Shown here one piece after another: positions 36,466 through 47,245 of a stretch of 57,927 bases of DNA. The first letter of the stretch is position 1. The number at the start of each line of letters is the position of its first letter. This stretch comes from Octopus bimaculoides (lineage: Eukaryota): contig NC_068985.1 of assembly GCF_001194135.2 (NCBI RefSeq), positions 60,186,159-60,244,085 on the forward strand. The letters are read 5' to 3'. The position numbers and the translations under genes are program-made. The notes under the pieces are model-generated. The model had not been told where the DNA came from. It worked only from the letters and a program-made list of their open reading frames with translations, and did not search any database.

Positions 36466-37879
36466 TGTATATGTTACATTTATTGACACTGAGAATGCAG
36501 CAGTTTCAATTCCCAGTTGGAACATATTTGCATATACCAAACAGTAATGGTTCAAAGAAATGCATTAACATCACAACATCTCATATTGCCTAAGCTAAAT
36601 ATATAATAACAACATGGTTGTAGGAAGATCATTTCACAGCTAGGTAGTTTCAGGTTCAATTCCAGAGCACAAGGGGAGGGGATTGACTGAAACTATGTGA
36701 GTGAAATTCTGAAGAAGGAAACTGTATAGAAGTTTGTCAGAGCCACATTCTCTGTTCTTGTGGGGTGGGATGGTTATTCAGTTTAACAGTCCCAGCTGGT
36801 CTTTGGTGTCTTTAGCAGGGTTCACTCTGTCACATGCATTGAGGCCAGGTCTCTGGTCTGAGTACATTTAACTTCCTCCTACCAGTTTGATAACAGGTTG
36901 AGGGTACTGTTGTTCCTTTATTGACTTCAAAAACAGACAAGGATCTATATTATGAATGAAAGAAGTAGTTAGGTGTTTCCTCTTAGATTTAATAGACATC
37001 ATGCGTAAAACCACTCTGACAGAGAAGTGAGGTCAACTGAAAGGGTTCATGATTTTCAGGAACACTAATGGGAATTCAATAAATCTGTCTGCTACCATTA
37101 AATTATGGTAAGCTATGTTTATTCATATATATGAACAACAATATCTGTGTGTTCAAGCTATCTTTTCATACAGAAAAGCAATAAAGATAATTATGGGAAT
37201 TTATATTTATCACACATGAAAATTATTATTATAATTATTCAACTTTAAGACACTGATGGTGTTATTGCAATTTCTAGAAGTCAATGATTAAAATAGGATT
37301 TCTGTAAAAGAAAGAAAATCTCCATTGAGAATTAAATTTATGGTTTTAGAATGACAAATTACAGAGAATTTAGTTCTCAGCAGGAGAATCTCCAAAATTG
37401 TTTTACATCTACCTTACTCAATTATCAAATATTTTTCACAATATTAAGTAAATTTTCGCTTGGTAAACATAAAAATATCACACTCTCACATGAACACATC
37501 TTTTTTCTCTCTTACTCTCGTATACACATTTCATTTCACACAATTTCTGCCTCCTTCACCATAGAGGTAGTAACACTGTGTCTGATTCATGATAATAACA
37601 AAGAGAAAGCTGAACAAGTTCCAACACAATTCTGAAGTAACTTTATGAAAATTTTGTTCAATGGTCTGATATATAAAATTATTATTTTTCATGTCTGTGA
37701 TTTAAATTTCGCTTTATACATGGACAAAGTATTTTCAAGTTGAGGTGATCAGATGTAAATAAAAATTTAATTCCTTAAAGTAATTCTAGAACCTTAAAGA
37801 TGTTGCTGATTCTGAAATGGATAGCTCTGTTTTATTTAATAAAAAAATTATGAACAATTGCATTTTTTTTTTTATCTTA

Positions 37880-38130
37880 TACTTGTTTCAGTCATTAGAC
37901 TGCAGCCATGCTGGGGTACCACCTTGAAGAATCGACCCTAGGACTTATTTTTTAATAAACCTGGTACTTATTCTATCAGTCTCTTTTGCTGAAATGTTAG
38001 TTTACAGGAACATAAAGACACCAACACCATATTATGCAACGGGCTTCTTTCAGTTTCTGGTTGGCCCAAGGATAAAGTAGAAAACACTTGCTAAGGTGTC
38101 ATGCAGTGAGACTGAACCCAGAACCATATG
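37880..38130 (-). mobile_element. SINE family 1, non-RTE tail
   Basis: tacttgtttcagtcattagactgcagccatgctggg...gactgaacccagaaccatatgg. Confidence 0.7.
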
Positions 38131-40319
38131 GTTAGGATGACTAAATAATTTAAATAATTCAAAGATATTTCTTTTACAATTATCTATATAATAATCTGCT
38201 TGTTTGTTTGCCCATTATATTTTTAGTTTGTTAGAAAGGTGGAGTAAGTGAGAGGTGGAGTAAAAATGAGAGAAAGAGGGGACAAGTGTGAGAAGAGAAG
38301 AAAAATGTGAGGAAGACATAGAGAACGATGTATAATAAGGCCAAGTGTGTTGTGGTTAGTTGAAGGGAGAGGCAAAGAGTGAGAGAAAAGAGGGAGAGAA
38401 AAAGATGGTGGGAGAAAAGAGGGAGAGAGAAGGGTTAACGATGTGTTGTAGAGTGAGGAGGGAAAAGTAAAGAGATAGAGATATGTTTAAGCTACAATAT
38501 TTAGCAGCCGATTATGTTCTGGTGGTGAGGTTAAAGAAAGGTAGCTAGAGAGGAACAGACAGGGGAGGTGGTTATATNNNNNNNNNNNNNNNNNNNNNNN
38601 NNNNNNNNNNNNNNNNNNNNNNNNNNNNNNNNNNNNNNNNNNNNNNNNNNNNNNNNNNNNNNNNNNNNNNNNNNNNNNNNNNNNNNNNNNNNNNNNNNNN
38701 NNNNNNNNNNNNNNNNNNNNNNNNNNNNNNNNNNNNNNNNNNNNNNNNNNNNNNNNNNNNNNNNNNNNNNNNGTCGATATAAACAAACAGATGAACTGAA
38801 ATGAAATGCACTTTGTTACTGAAAACTATAATGATGATGTTGGTGGTGATTTTTAATTTGTTTGAGGGGAGGAGGAAGTAGAGTGAGAGAGCAGATAGCC
38901 AGCTGATGCATTATGCTGTTACTCATGTGGTTAGTGGAAGTGAGAGGTGAAGAGAAAAAGAGAAATGTCAAAAACATGAAGAGGGGAATTATATGGTTAA
39001 AATGTTTGTTGAAGAGGTAGAGAGAAATATAAAGGGATTAGCAGAGGGAAAATTTAAAATCATATTAACTTAGTAAAATAAAAATGCAAATCATCCTTTC
39101 TTTCTTAAATAACTTCTTTAAATCATTTTTTGTTCAGTGGAATTTCCACAGGTCCCACTATTATAGTTAAATGGAAAAATAAATTGATTCAAATAGTTAT
39201 ATTTTCATAAACTTACACACAAAAAGAATATATAATTGGCTAAGAAGCTGCAGTAGAAACACAACGAACATAAAAAATAGAACAATAAAAATAATAAGGA
39301 TTGTCTCAAACAGAAGAATTGGCCATTAAGTTAAACAGATTGGTTTAAAAATATAAAAATAGTAAGTGACTAAGATGGTGGTATAGACTATAACAGAAAA
39401 AACAAGTTGCTTTATTGTTAACATTATATTTTTATCTGAAATATAATGAGGTGTTTATAGGCAAATGTTAAGATCTGACAGTCATCAATATGAAATGTTT
39501 ATTTTAAGTTTTAATTATATATTCCTTTCAGCGTTTAAAAATATCACTAAGGTTGTATGGTAAAAGTGACCGCCATTTTGGATACGCACTTCATGGATGG
39601 TTTTTAGGAAAGAATAAAAAAATTAATTTGTTGAGAAACAGGTGAGAAAAAATTGAATAGCTAATAAAAATAGTTTTGTCTATAGAAATTGTTGGGAATA
39701 TGGTGTTATCGTTAGTTGATAATGCCATAAGGCAAGTAAAATATATATCATGGATAATTAAGAAAAATAACAAGAAAGCTGATATATAATAAGAAAACAC
39801 TTGTGTGATGAGACAGACATTAAGTGAACTGTTAGAGGGGCCAAGGGACTATTATAAATAGACATCAGTTGAAAGTGTTATAGGGGCCATGAGACCATGA
39901 CAGACAGTCAATCATTCATTATATGGGGCTTGACAGGTAGATGTTAACTGAAAGTGTTGTTAGGGGCACAAGAGGTGGATGTTAATTGAAATTTTAAAAG
40001 CTATAATAGAAAATATAATTTTACAGTAGTCATAAGGTAAACAATGAGAAGCAGAAATGCAGATAACTGGGAAAATCTTAAAATATTGTTGTCTTTTCAC
40101 CAAACAGTTCCTAAATTTTAAGCAAGGAACAAGAAACGACTTACTCAGGAACATTAATGAAGTGAAGTGTGACTACTTCAACTGGGAATTTTTTGGAAAT
40201 AATACTTATGTATAAAAATCCAAATTCAAAACTAGGAGAAAGAAATGGGAAAAAGAAAGAAAAGAAAAAACACCCACATCAATTCAACACCAAGTGCCAC
40301 AGATGGTCACATACCACAA

Positions 40320-40560
40320 GAGTCAACAGAACTTACTGAAGCAAGCCAACATGCTTACAGAATTACTGTAAGTAATGGCAAGGCTAAAGCATTGGTATAG
40401 CCAAGCACCCTCACGAGCACCTCGGTAAGGTGAGCCGCCAATGATGGACAAGAACTTTGCCATAAGCAGCCCAGTCCCTCGAAATGTCTCAAATGCCACA
40501 GGTTGGAAGAAATGATTCACTGACAGGTCCCATGAAATGATGTTAAGGCCTCAGCTGGCC
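40320..40560 (-). mobile_element. RLE-type (CRE-like) LINE C-terminal fragment
   Basis: NHFFQPVAFETFRGTGLLMAKFLSIIG...AWLYQCFSLAITYSN resembles 'FxPxAxETxG...LFQRLSxAIQRGNA'. Confidence 0.55.
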
Positions 40561-41502
40561 AAGTTTGTCTCTTACTGTGCTCATCATAGGGTTAACATTC
40601 AGTTTCAGAAGTTAAAAAAAATAAAAGTTAACTGAATGGAAGTTACAGCAGTTACATTCCATATTTCTTGTAAAATTATCTATATTGCTAATATAAACCA
40701 GAATGGAACAGGGATGGCCTAACAGCAGTTCTTTGACCATTGATATAAGTGGCTCATGGAAATATGTTGGCTGAGCTCTTTCATTATCACAGTTTATATA
40801 CAAGTATAAAAAAAGAAAAAAAAACAAGCTTTATAAACTATTGGGTATATATTGATACAGCAGTGTAATGCTGTCTGAACAGCTTTCCTTACTTTTGTGG
40901 GAAGGGAGAATGGAATTCCCAAACTATTTCACATAAAGCCAATTATAAAATTGCAATGAATTTTTAAATTTCCACCCCTTCTATTTTAGTTTTGTACTAT
41001 CTGACTTTCTCAACATATTTCCCATTCAAATTCTAACCAGATAGATACATATAATGATACAATGTTAGCATGTACAATGTTATTTTCATTCACTCTCTTT
41101 CAAAACACTACAGTGTGTTACTCACACTTGAAAGTGACAGTAAATGGGAAATTTTATTTTATGTCTCTTCTGTTCTTTATCTTTCACTGCTCTTCACATT
41201 TTGATTTTCACAATGGCCATTGTTGCATTACATGTTTAGAACAATATCAATATAACTATCAACTTAATAATTTATGTTATTTTACTCAACCATTAATACA
41301 GTAATAAGTAACAGGAATAATTCTAAATGATAATGCCAGGTCTGAGGAAGGCTTTGTTCTTTAGTGTTGAGGGTAGGAATAGTAGGAGGCAGAGGGATTA
41401 AAGAAATTTAAGACTGCAGGCATTACAAAAGAATGTCAGAAGACTGATGTCATGAGTGAGAAAATTAAACATTAGTGTGTACAAGAGGAGATGAGATTGG
41501 TC

Positions 41503-41659
41503 CAGTGCTCCACAACCTTTTATCACTTATATTCTTTTCAAAATTTGGCGGCACATCTGAACTAAAAATATAACTAAAAATACAGGGAAAAAATTCAGCA
41601 CACCTAGCATCATTTAGTGGCACACCAGTGTGCCACAACATATCAAATGCAGAGCACTG
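41503..41659 (+). mobile_element. hAT (Charlie-like) MITE
   Basis: TIR CAGTGCTC / GAGCACTG, internal palindrome tggcacaccagtgtgcca, 8-bp flanks gattggtc / gtctggcc (5/8 match). Confidence 0.6.
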
Positions 41660-41832
41660 GTCTGGCCCCCCAACTACACTCTTGTCATGTACATTAACAC
41701 ATTTAATACAAGCCATGCAGCCATTCATACTCAGTTGGTAGACTTTGGATACAATTTTTGTTTACAAGTTTCTGTGAAAATATTTGCAAAGTAAGATAGC
41801 ATCATCAACTTGTCGGAAATGAAGCTACGAAA

Positions 41833-42645
41833 ATGAAAACAAATTTTAAGCCAAAGTGGGAGAAATATTTTGCATTCATCAATAAAGGTACTATATTTGC
41901 CATATTTTACATAGTCTTTACAAAGCCAGCAACTTGAAACACCACTTTGAAATAAATCACATAAAACATTTTGCATGATTATTCACCTAAATCAGAATTG
42001 AGAAAAAACAAGTTAACAGTGCTAAAATCATCACTATATACCCGGCAGACATTATTGACAATGTTCAGCAAGGAAGCTGATATAATGACTGAAGCCTTGT
42101 TATACCATGGAATATTGCACAAGCTCAACATCCATATTCCGATGGCAAATTTGTTTAAAAGAATATAGCTGCAGTTATTGCAGTATTAGATCCAAATAAC
42201 ACAAAACTTCAGTAACTAATAGTTCAAACACCAGTTTCAAGCCACACTACAGAGATGGGTATCTCTCAGAGCAATGCTCATGTTGCAAGCAAAATGTCAA
42301 ATGACCCCCAAAATTCCCTTGCATTCAGTTTAATAATTGATGATTTAACTGGTACACAAGACAACCCACAACTGGTAGTATTTATTCATAATACTTCTTC
42401 CAGATTAATTATGAAAGAAGAGGTGCTGAATTTAGTGGAATTAAAAGAAGCTTGACTGAGCCTTAAATGTTGGTGTTTCACTGAATAAACTTACCTGTGT
42501 CACAACAGATGGTGCTCCTGTTTACGAAAAGAGATCCCAGCTTTCCAGAGTTTCTCCCTCTTCATTGTATTATCCATTGTGAACACCTTGTAGCCATATA
42601 CTTCAAGTATAAAGACGTAATGAAATATGTTCTTGAAATAGTCTT
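41833..42645 (+). mobile_element. Decayed hAT transposase (Charlie/SPIN, GTF2IRD2-like) fragment
   Basis: SNLKHHFE, AFSLIIDDLTGTQDNPQLVVFI...KEEVLNLVELKE, KLTCVTTDGAP and LHCIIH motifs; stops, frameshifts and deletions. Confidence 0.8.
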
Positions 42646-42895
42646 CATTCAATATAATTTTGGTTGTTTATGAAAAATAATGGGAGTTAATGCAGTATGT
42701 ATTTGTGACATGCTGTTGTTAGTGTGATAGTGGGAGTGTTCACCCCATTCTCTCTTGTTATTGACTTAATGTGAAGGGACAGGAAATACCTTCTACATAG
42801 TCAGCACCATAGCTAGAAATGGCAACCAAATGATATCAGATATACTCCCCACCTCTCTATGGGCCAAAAACCACTCAAATTGAACCAGTGAGCAA

Positions 42896-43722
42896 TGGTT
42901 GAAAATCATATGGTCTGATGAAAGTAACTATGAGGTAAGTTAGTACATGTATTCAATCAACATATAAACTTAATGTATCTGGTTTGTTGCCCAAAATATA
43001 TGAAAAAAGTATCCAACATAAAGCAAATATTATTTTTCATGTTTTTACTCATGTTTTTGGTAAATCTGGTGCAACTTTCGTGCATCGCAGAGCTGAGGAA
43101 GCATTTAAGGATGAATGTCTGGTACCATCCATAAAACATGGGGGTGGTTCTATCATGGTGTGGGCCTGCATGTCTGCCACAGGACCTGGAGAAATGTTTT
43201 TATGTTGGGGAAGGATGAATTCAGTTACCTATGTTTCTATGCTATCAGATGTTTTAGAGCCATCAATTGCTAAACTGCATCCAGGAGTGTTGAAAAACAA
43301 GTGTTATCTTTAACAGGACAACACTCCATGCTGTACAACAAAGAATACTCGCAAATGGCTTGAGACACAGGATATTGTTCCCATGGACTGGCCAGCTCAA
43401 AGTCTTGATCTAAATCTGATTGAACACCTATGGGGAACTCTTGGTGAAGCTATCAGGAACACAACAATTTTAAAATAAAAGGAATCTGTAACAAAAGTTG
43501 AGAGAAGAATGGAGTAAAATTACATCTAGCATCTGCAAGAAACTAGTTGATTCAATGCCTAACCGTATAAAAATGGTAATTGGTGCTAAAAGAGGATCAA
43601 CCAAATATTAAAACTAATGTATATTGTGAAATATACCATAATCTACCATGTGCATGAGTTTCATTAACATTGAGATAGCAGAGCCCCAAAACATTGGGTG
43701 GCCTAATACTTTTGGCCAAGGC

Positions 43723-43723
<1 letters not shown>
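42896..43723 (+). mobile_element. 5'-truncated Tc1 (DD34E) transposon with a spliceosomal-type intron (42935-43052)
   Basis: WSDESNYE | VFGKSG..KHGGGSIMVWACM...*QDN(34 aa)IEHLW; right end ...ttggccaaggcta followed by TA. Confidence 0.88.
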
Positions 43724-43755
<32 letters not shown>

Positions 43756-43789
43756 ATTTATATCTAAATCCATATATACATATATATAT

Positions 43790-43938
43790 GGGAGAATATA
43801 CAAATAATAACAACAGACGAGGACAGGTGGTGTAAATAACAAAAGTATATATTAGTATGACGCTCGGGAATACGGAAAGTCTTTGACGTTTCGAGCTACG
43901 CTCTTCAACAGAAAGAATACGGAGACAAGGAGAAAAAC
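43790..43938 (-). mobile_element. Penelope-like pseudo-LTR end inserted in (TA)n
   Basis: Contains a hammerhead variant, ends in a (TA)n tract and runs into a gap. Confidence 0.55.
43880..43916 (-). ncRNA. Minimal type I hammerhead variant (A6U core)
   Basis: TCTTT-CTGTTGA-A-GAGC-GTA-GCTC-GAAAC-GT-C-AAAGA: 5-bp stem I, 4-bp stem II, palindromic ACGT stem III, GUC cleavage triplet. Confidence 0.55.
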
Positions 43939-44257
43939 NNNNNNNNNNNNNNNNNNNNNNNNNNNNNNNNNNNNNNNNNNNNNNNNNNNNNNNNNNNNNN
44001 NNNNNNNNNNNNNNNNNNNNNNNNNNNNNNNNNNNNNNNNNNNNNNNNNNNNNNNNNNNNNNNNNNNNNNNNNNNNNNNNNNNNNNNNNNNNNNNNNNNN
44101 NNNNNNNNNNNNNNNNNNNNNNNNNNNNNNNNNNNNNNNNNNNNNNNNNNNNNNNNNNNNNNNTATATATATATATATATACATGTATGTATGTATGCAT
44201 GTATGTATGTATCTATATATGCATACATATAGATGTGTGTGTGTATATATATATATA

Positions 44258-44480
44258 TTCTTTTATTCTTTTACTTGTTTTAGTCATTTGACTACGGCCA
44301 TGCTGGAACACCACCTTGCAGGATTTTAGTCAAACAATTCAACCCTGGGACTTATTTTTGAGCCTAGTACTTATTCTACTGGTTTCTTATGTCGAACCAC
44401 TAAGTTACAGAGACCTAAACACACAAACACCAGTTGTCAAGCAGTAATGGAGGGACTAACATCAAGACACACATACAAGC
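44258..44480 (-). mobile_element. SINE family 1 3' half, non-RTE tail
   Basis: ttcttttattcttttacttgttttagtcatttgactacggccatgctggaacaccacc. Confidence 0.7.
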
Positions 44481-46089
44481 CTTAAACTACACATTAGCCC
44501 TTCATAGTTTATTGAAGTAATGATTCTAGACTGCCTTTAAGGGTAAGGAAACAATTAGAATGGTAAGGAGGAGAAATACAAAGAATATTCATTTATAACA
44601 ATGATACAAACTTGTATATTTTTTAAGAAAATTAATTATATCAACCCTTGTACATAACTGGAAATTTTTCTTATTACTGAAGGAGGACAGAGAAAGTTGA
44701 CCTTGGCAGAATTTGAACTCAAAATATAAAGTGACATAATGATGTTCCCAGCTAAGATGTTGTAAAGATGATCTGCTTATTCACTGATTTACATAAATCA
44801 ATGTTGATAATACGCTGTGAGTATTTGTATATATACCTTTTGTAACACTTAACCTTTTGAAGCTGTTGAATTTGTTTGCCAATATTATTTACTTTCCTAA
44901 CTATTCTATACAAGCTCTAAATTATTCAACATGGGCTGGAGTCATTCTGTTTTATTTTTTGTATTCAAAAGTTCAATCTGCTGTCTTTTTTTGTCTGATA
45001 ATGCTCAAGTAATTCTTTTGTGTTCATAATAAATTCTAATGATCAAATTAATTTTCTCCTTTTTCTCAGTGGTAAATATAATCAATATAGATAATATATT
45101 ATGTTATATGTATATACACTTATTGCATAATTAATTATTCTATCTCATGCATTCTACTATTACCTTTTATGTTCAACTTACTGAGTGCTATTATGTATTC
45201 AACTTTAGCCTATTTACTTATTACACTGCATGCATGTATTTCTTGATTTAAGCAGAACAAAAAAAAAACAAAAACAGAAACAAGGTATGTTGGTGCCTCC
45301 TTATATCTATACAAGAAATATACTTCTTCAGTAACTTTTGCACTGAATATGAATAATGCTTATTTGTGGCTTTTGTCAAATATGTTGTAAATGTGCAACT
45401 TTTGCATAAACTAAACCTTCTCTCCCTTGAAAACCTTTAGTTAATGTATGCAACCTGCTCTCACGTGTAAATATGTATATATATATATAACATTTGTGAA
45501 ATTAGGTGAGCATTTATTGTGGAAAATGACAATGTAAGATAACAAGTGAATCATTGACCACAATATATTGTACACGTTAAAAGTAATCAAGCCTGTATAA
45601 TATTTGGGAAGTGATAAATATAGTTTTTTAATTTTTTTATTTTGGCATTTTTTATTTACATCTTCATACTCCCGATAGCAACTCTTATGTACATTTTTCA
45701 ACAATAGCTCAAAAATGTAATTATCACAGAGTCTAGTAAAACACCTGCCATCATTATTGACAAATTGAGTACTCTAAAACAGAAAATATTTTAATAAACA
45801 GGAGAAAAAAAAGAACTGGAAAGGGCCAAGTTATAAATTATATTCATATATTTGAATATTTCATTATTATTTGGTTGTTTGTAGAACAAATTCTTAATGT
45901 AGATTAGTGCAGTGAATTTCTATGAAAATAAAATGACTAATTGAAACAAAAAAGCATGCTCTTAAGGTGTTATGATAAGAAATATAGCTGTTTGAGATTT
46001 TTGATAGAAATATTTATTTTTATCATAAAAAAACGTTACTACAAACGATAAACACTGAGATAGTTTGAAGCTTATTGTTCTCTTACTAG

Positions 46090-46480
46090 GTATAATAGTA
46101 GTCACTGTAGTGGGTTCCTAGTTGATCATTGAGTGTTATTCCATCCATCCATTGCTTTGGATTTGTGACAGCAGTCTGGCTAGCTGCTGGTTCTGCCACT
46201 TTCTCCTGATTGTTGTCTTCTGTGTCCAGGCTGATGTCTGCCATCCACCGTCTGTCCGTGGTGGCTAAAATGCACTGAATATGTAGTAGTGGTCTTGTTC
46301 AGAAAAAGTACACCAAAGATGAAATTATTACATCTGGTTCCACATGAAGTCTTGAATGGTCAGATTTTTTTGATGACATTGGTAATCTAGCAAATCACAA
46401 TCGTATGTTTGAGTTATATTTCTGTGTTTCATCAGATATGATGGTCCAGGTTCAATTGCTAAATATTCTTGTTATGAAGG
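46090..46480 (-). mobile_element. Possible decayed Penelope-like GIY-YIG fragment
   Basis: Minus TTTYSVH..HGQTVDGRHQPGHRRQ weakly resembles IYCIxC..IGQTxRxL..R..EHRR. Confidence 0.3.
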
Positions 46481-46489
46481 TATATTTTC

Positions 46490-47245
46490 TGGATGGTGAA
46501 CTGATGTAGTTGCCGTTCGCAAGGCATATATTTCTGCAGCTCATCTCCTTGACTGAGCTGCAGTTCTGTGTAAAGCAAAGACCAAGACTGGGTGTTTGGC
46601 ACTTAGAGTGTTGTGAAACACACATTGGTCTCCATCAGTCAGGCAATGGAGTCAGTAGAAGTTCCACTCTAACATTTTACAGAGGGTTAGTGAAAAAGAA
46701 GAGTGATAACGTTCTCTAGGAGACTCTGAATGCCGATGAGAACAAACTTGTCAATTGGTTTCACAGAACTTTCAAGATGGAGACTCCAACAGATAACTTT
46801 CAGAAACCCTGGCTTAGCAAAACTACTGGTAGGATGGTGGGCACTACCAGTTTGAAATAATCTCTATAGGCATCAGAGTGCAGTCATATGAGCTTGTACA
46901 AGATACACACACAGTGATGAAACTATTTTGCATGCATTCTTTCAGCGTCCAGACATTGCCAATGTGTGGAGTTACATTGAAAAGCTACTGACAAATCCAG
47001 CTTTCAGCCAAGTCCATCATGGTGATTGCTCCACTGCCATCCTTTAACAGGGAAAGCAATCTTCTTCTGTCTAATGACCATTGTGAAATATTTTGTGTGG
47101 TAGATGAGGTTAAAAGATCTGAGGACAAACACGTTCCTGTTTGGTTGAGTTGTTGTAAGTGAAGAGAGAGATGCTGTCCACTACTTTTTCGAAAGGTGGA
47201 TGAGAGTGGCAAAAAATGGTAAGAGTGGATGGAACTGTTCTAAGC
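46490..47245 (+). mobile_element. L1/Tx1-clade LINE ORF2 C-terminal fragment
   Basis: QLISLTELQFCVKQRPRLG...TLTFYRGLV...DETILHAFFQRPDIANVWSYIEKLL (zf-RVT-like 'ET..H...C')...FERWMRVAK. Confidence 0.7.

Noticed and set aside
39217-39247. LANYIFFL similarity to ryanodine receptor 'LANY.FFL'
   Set aside because: Flanking RyR residues are absent and no other RyR exons are present; likely coincidence.
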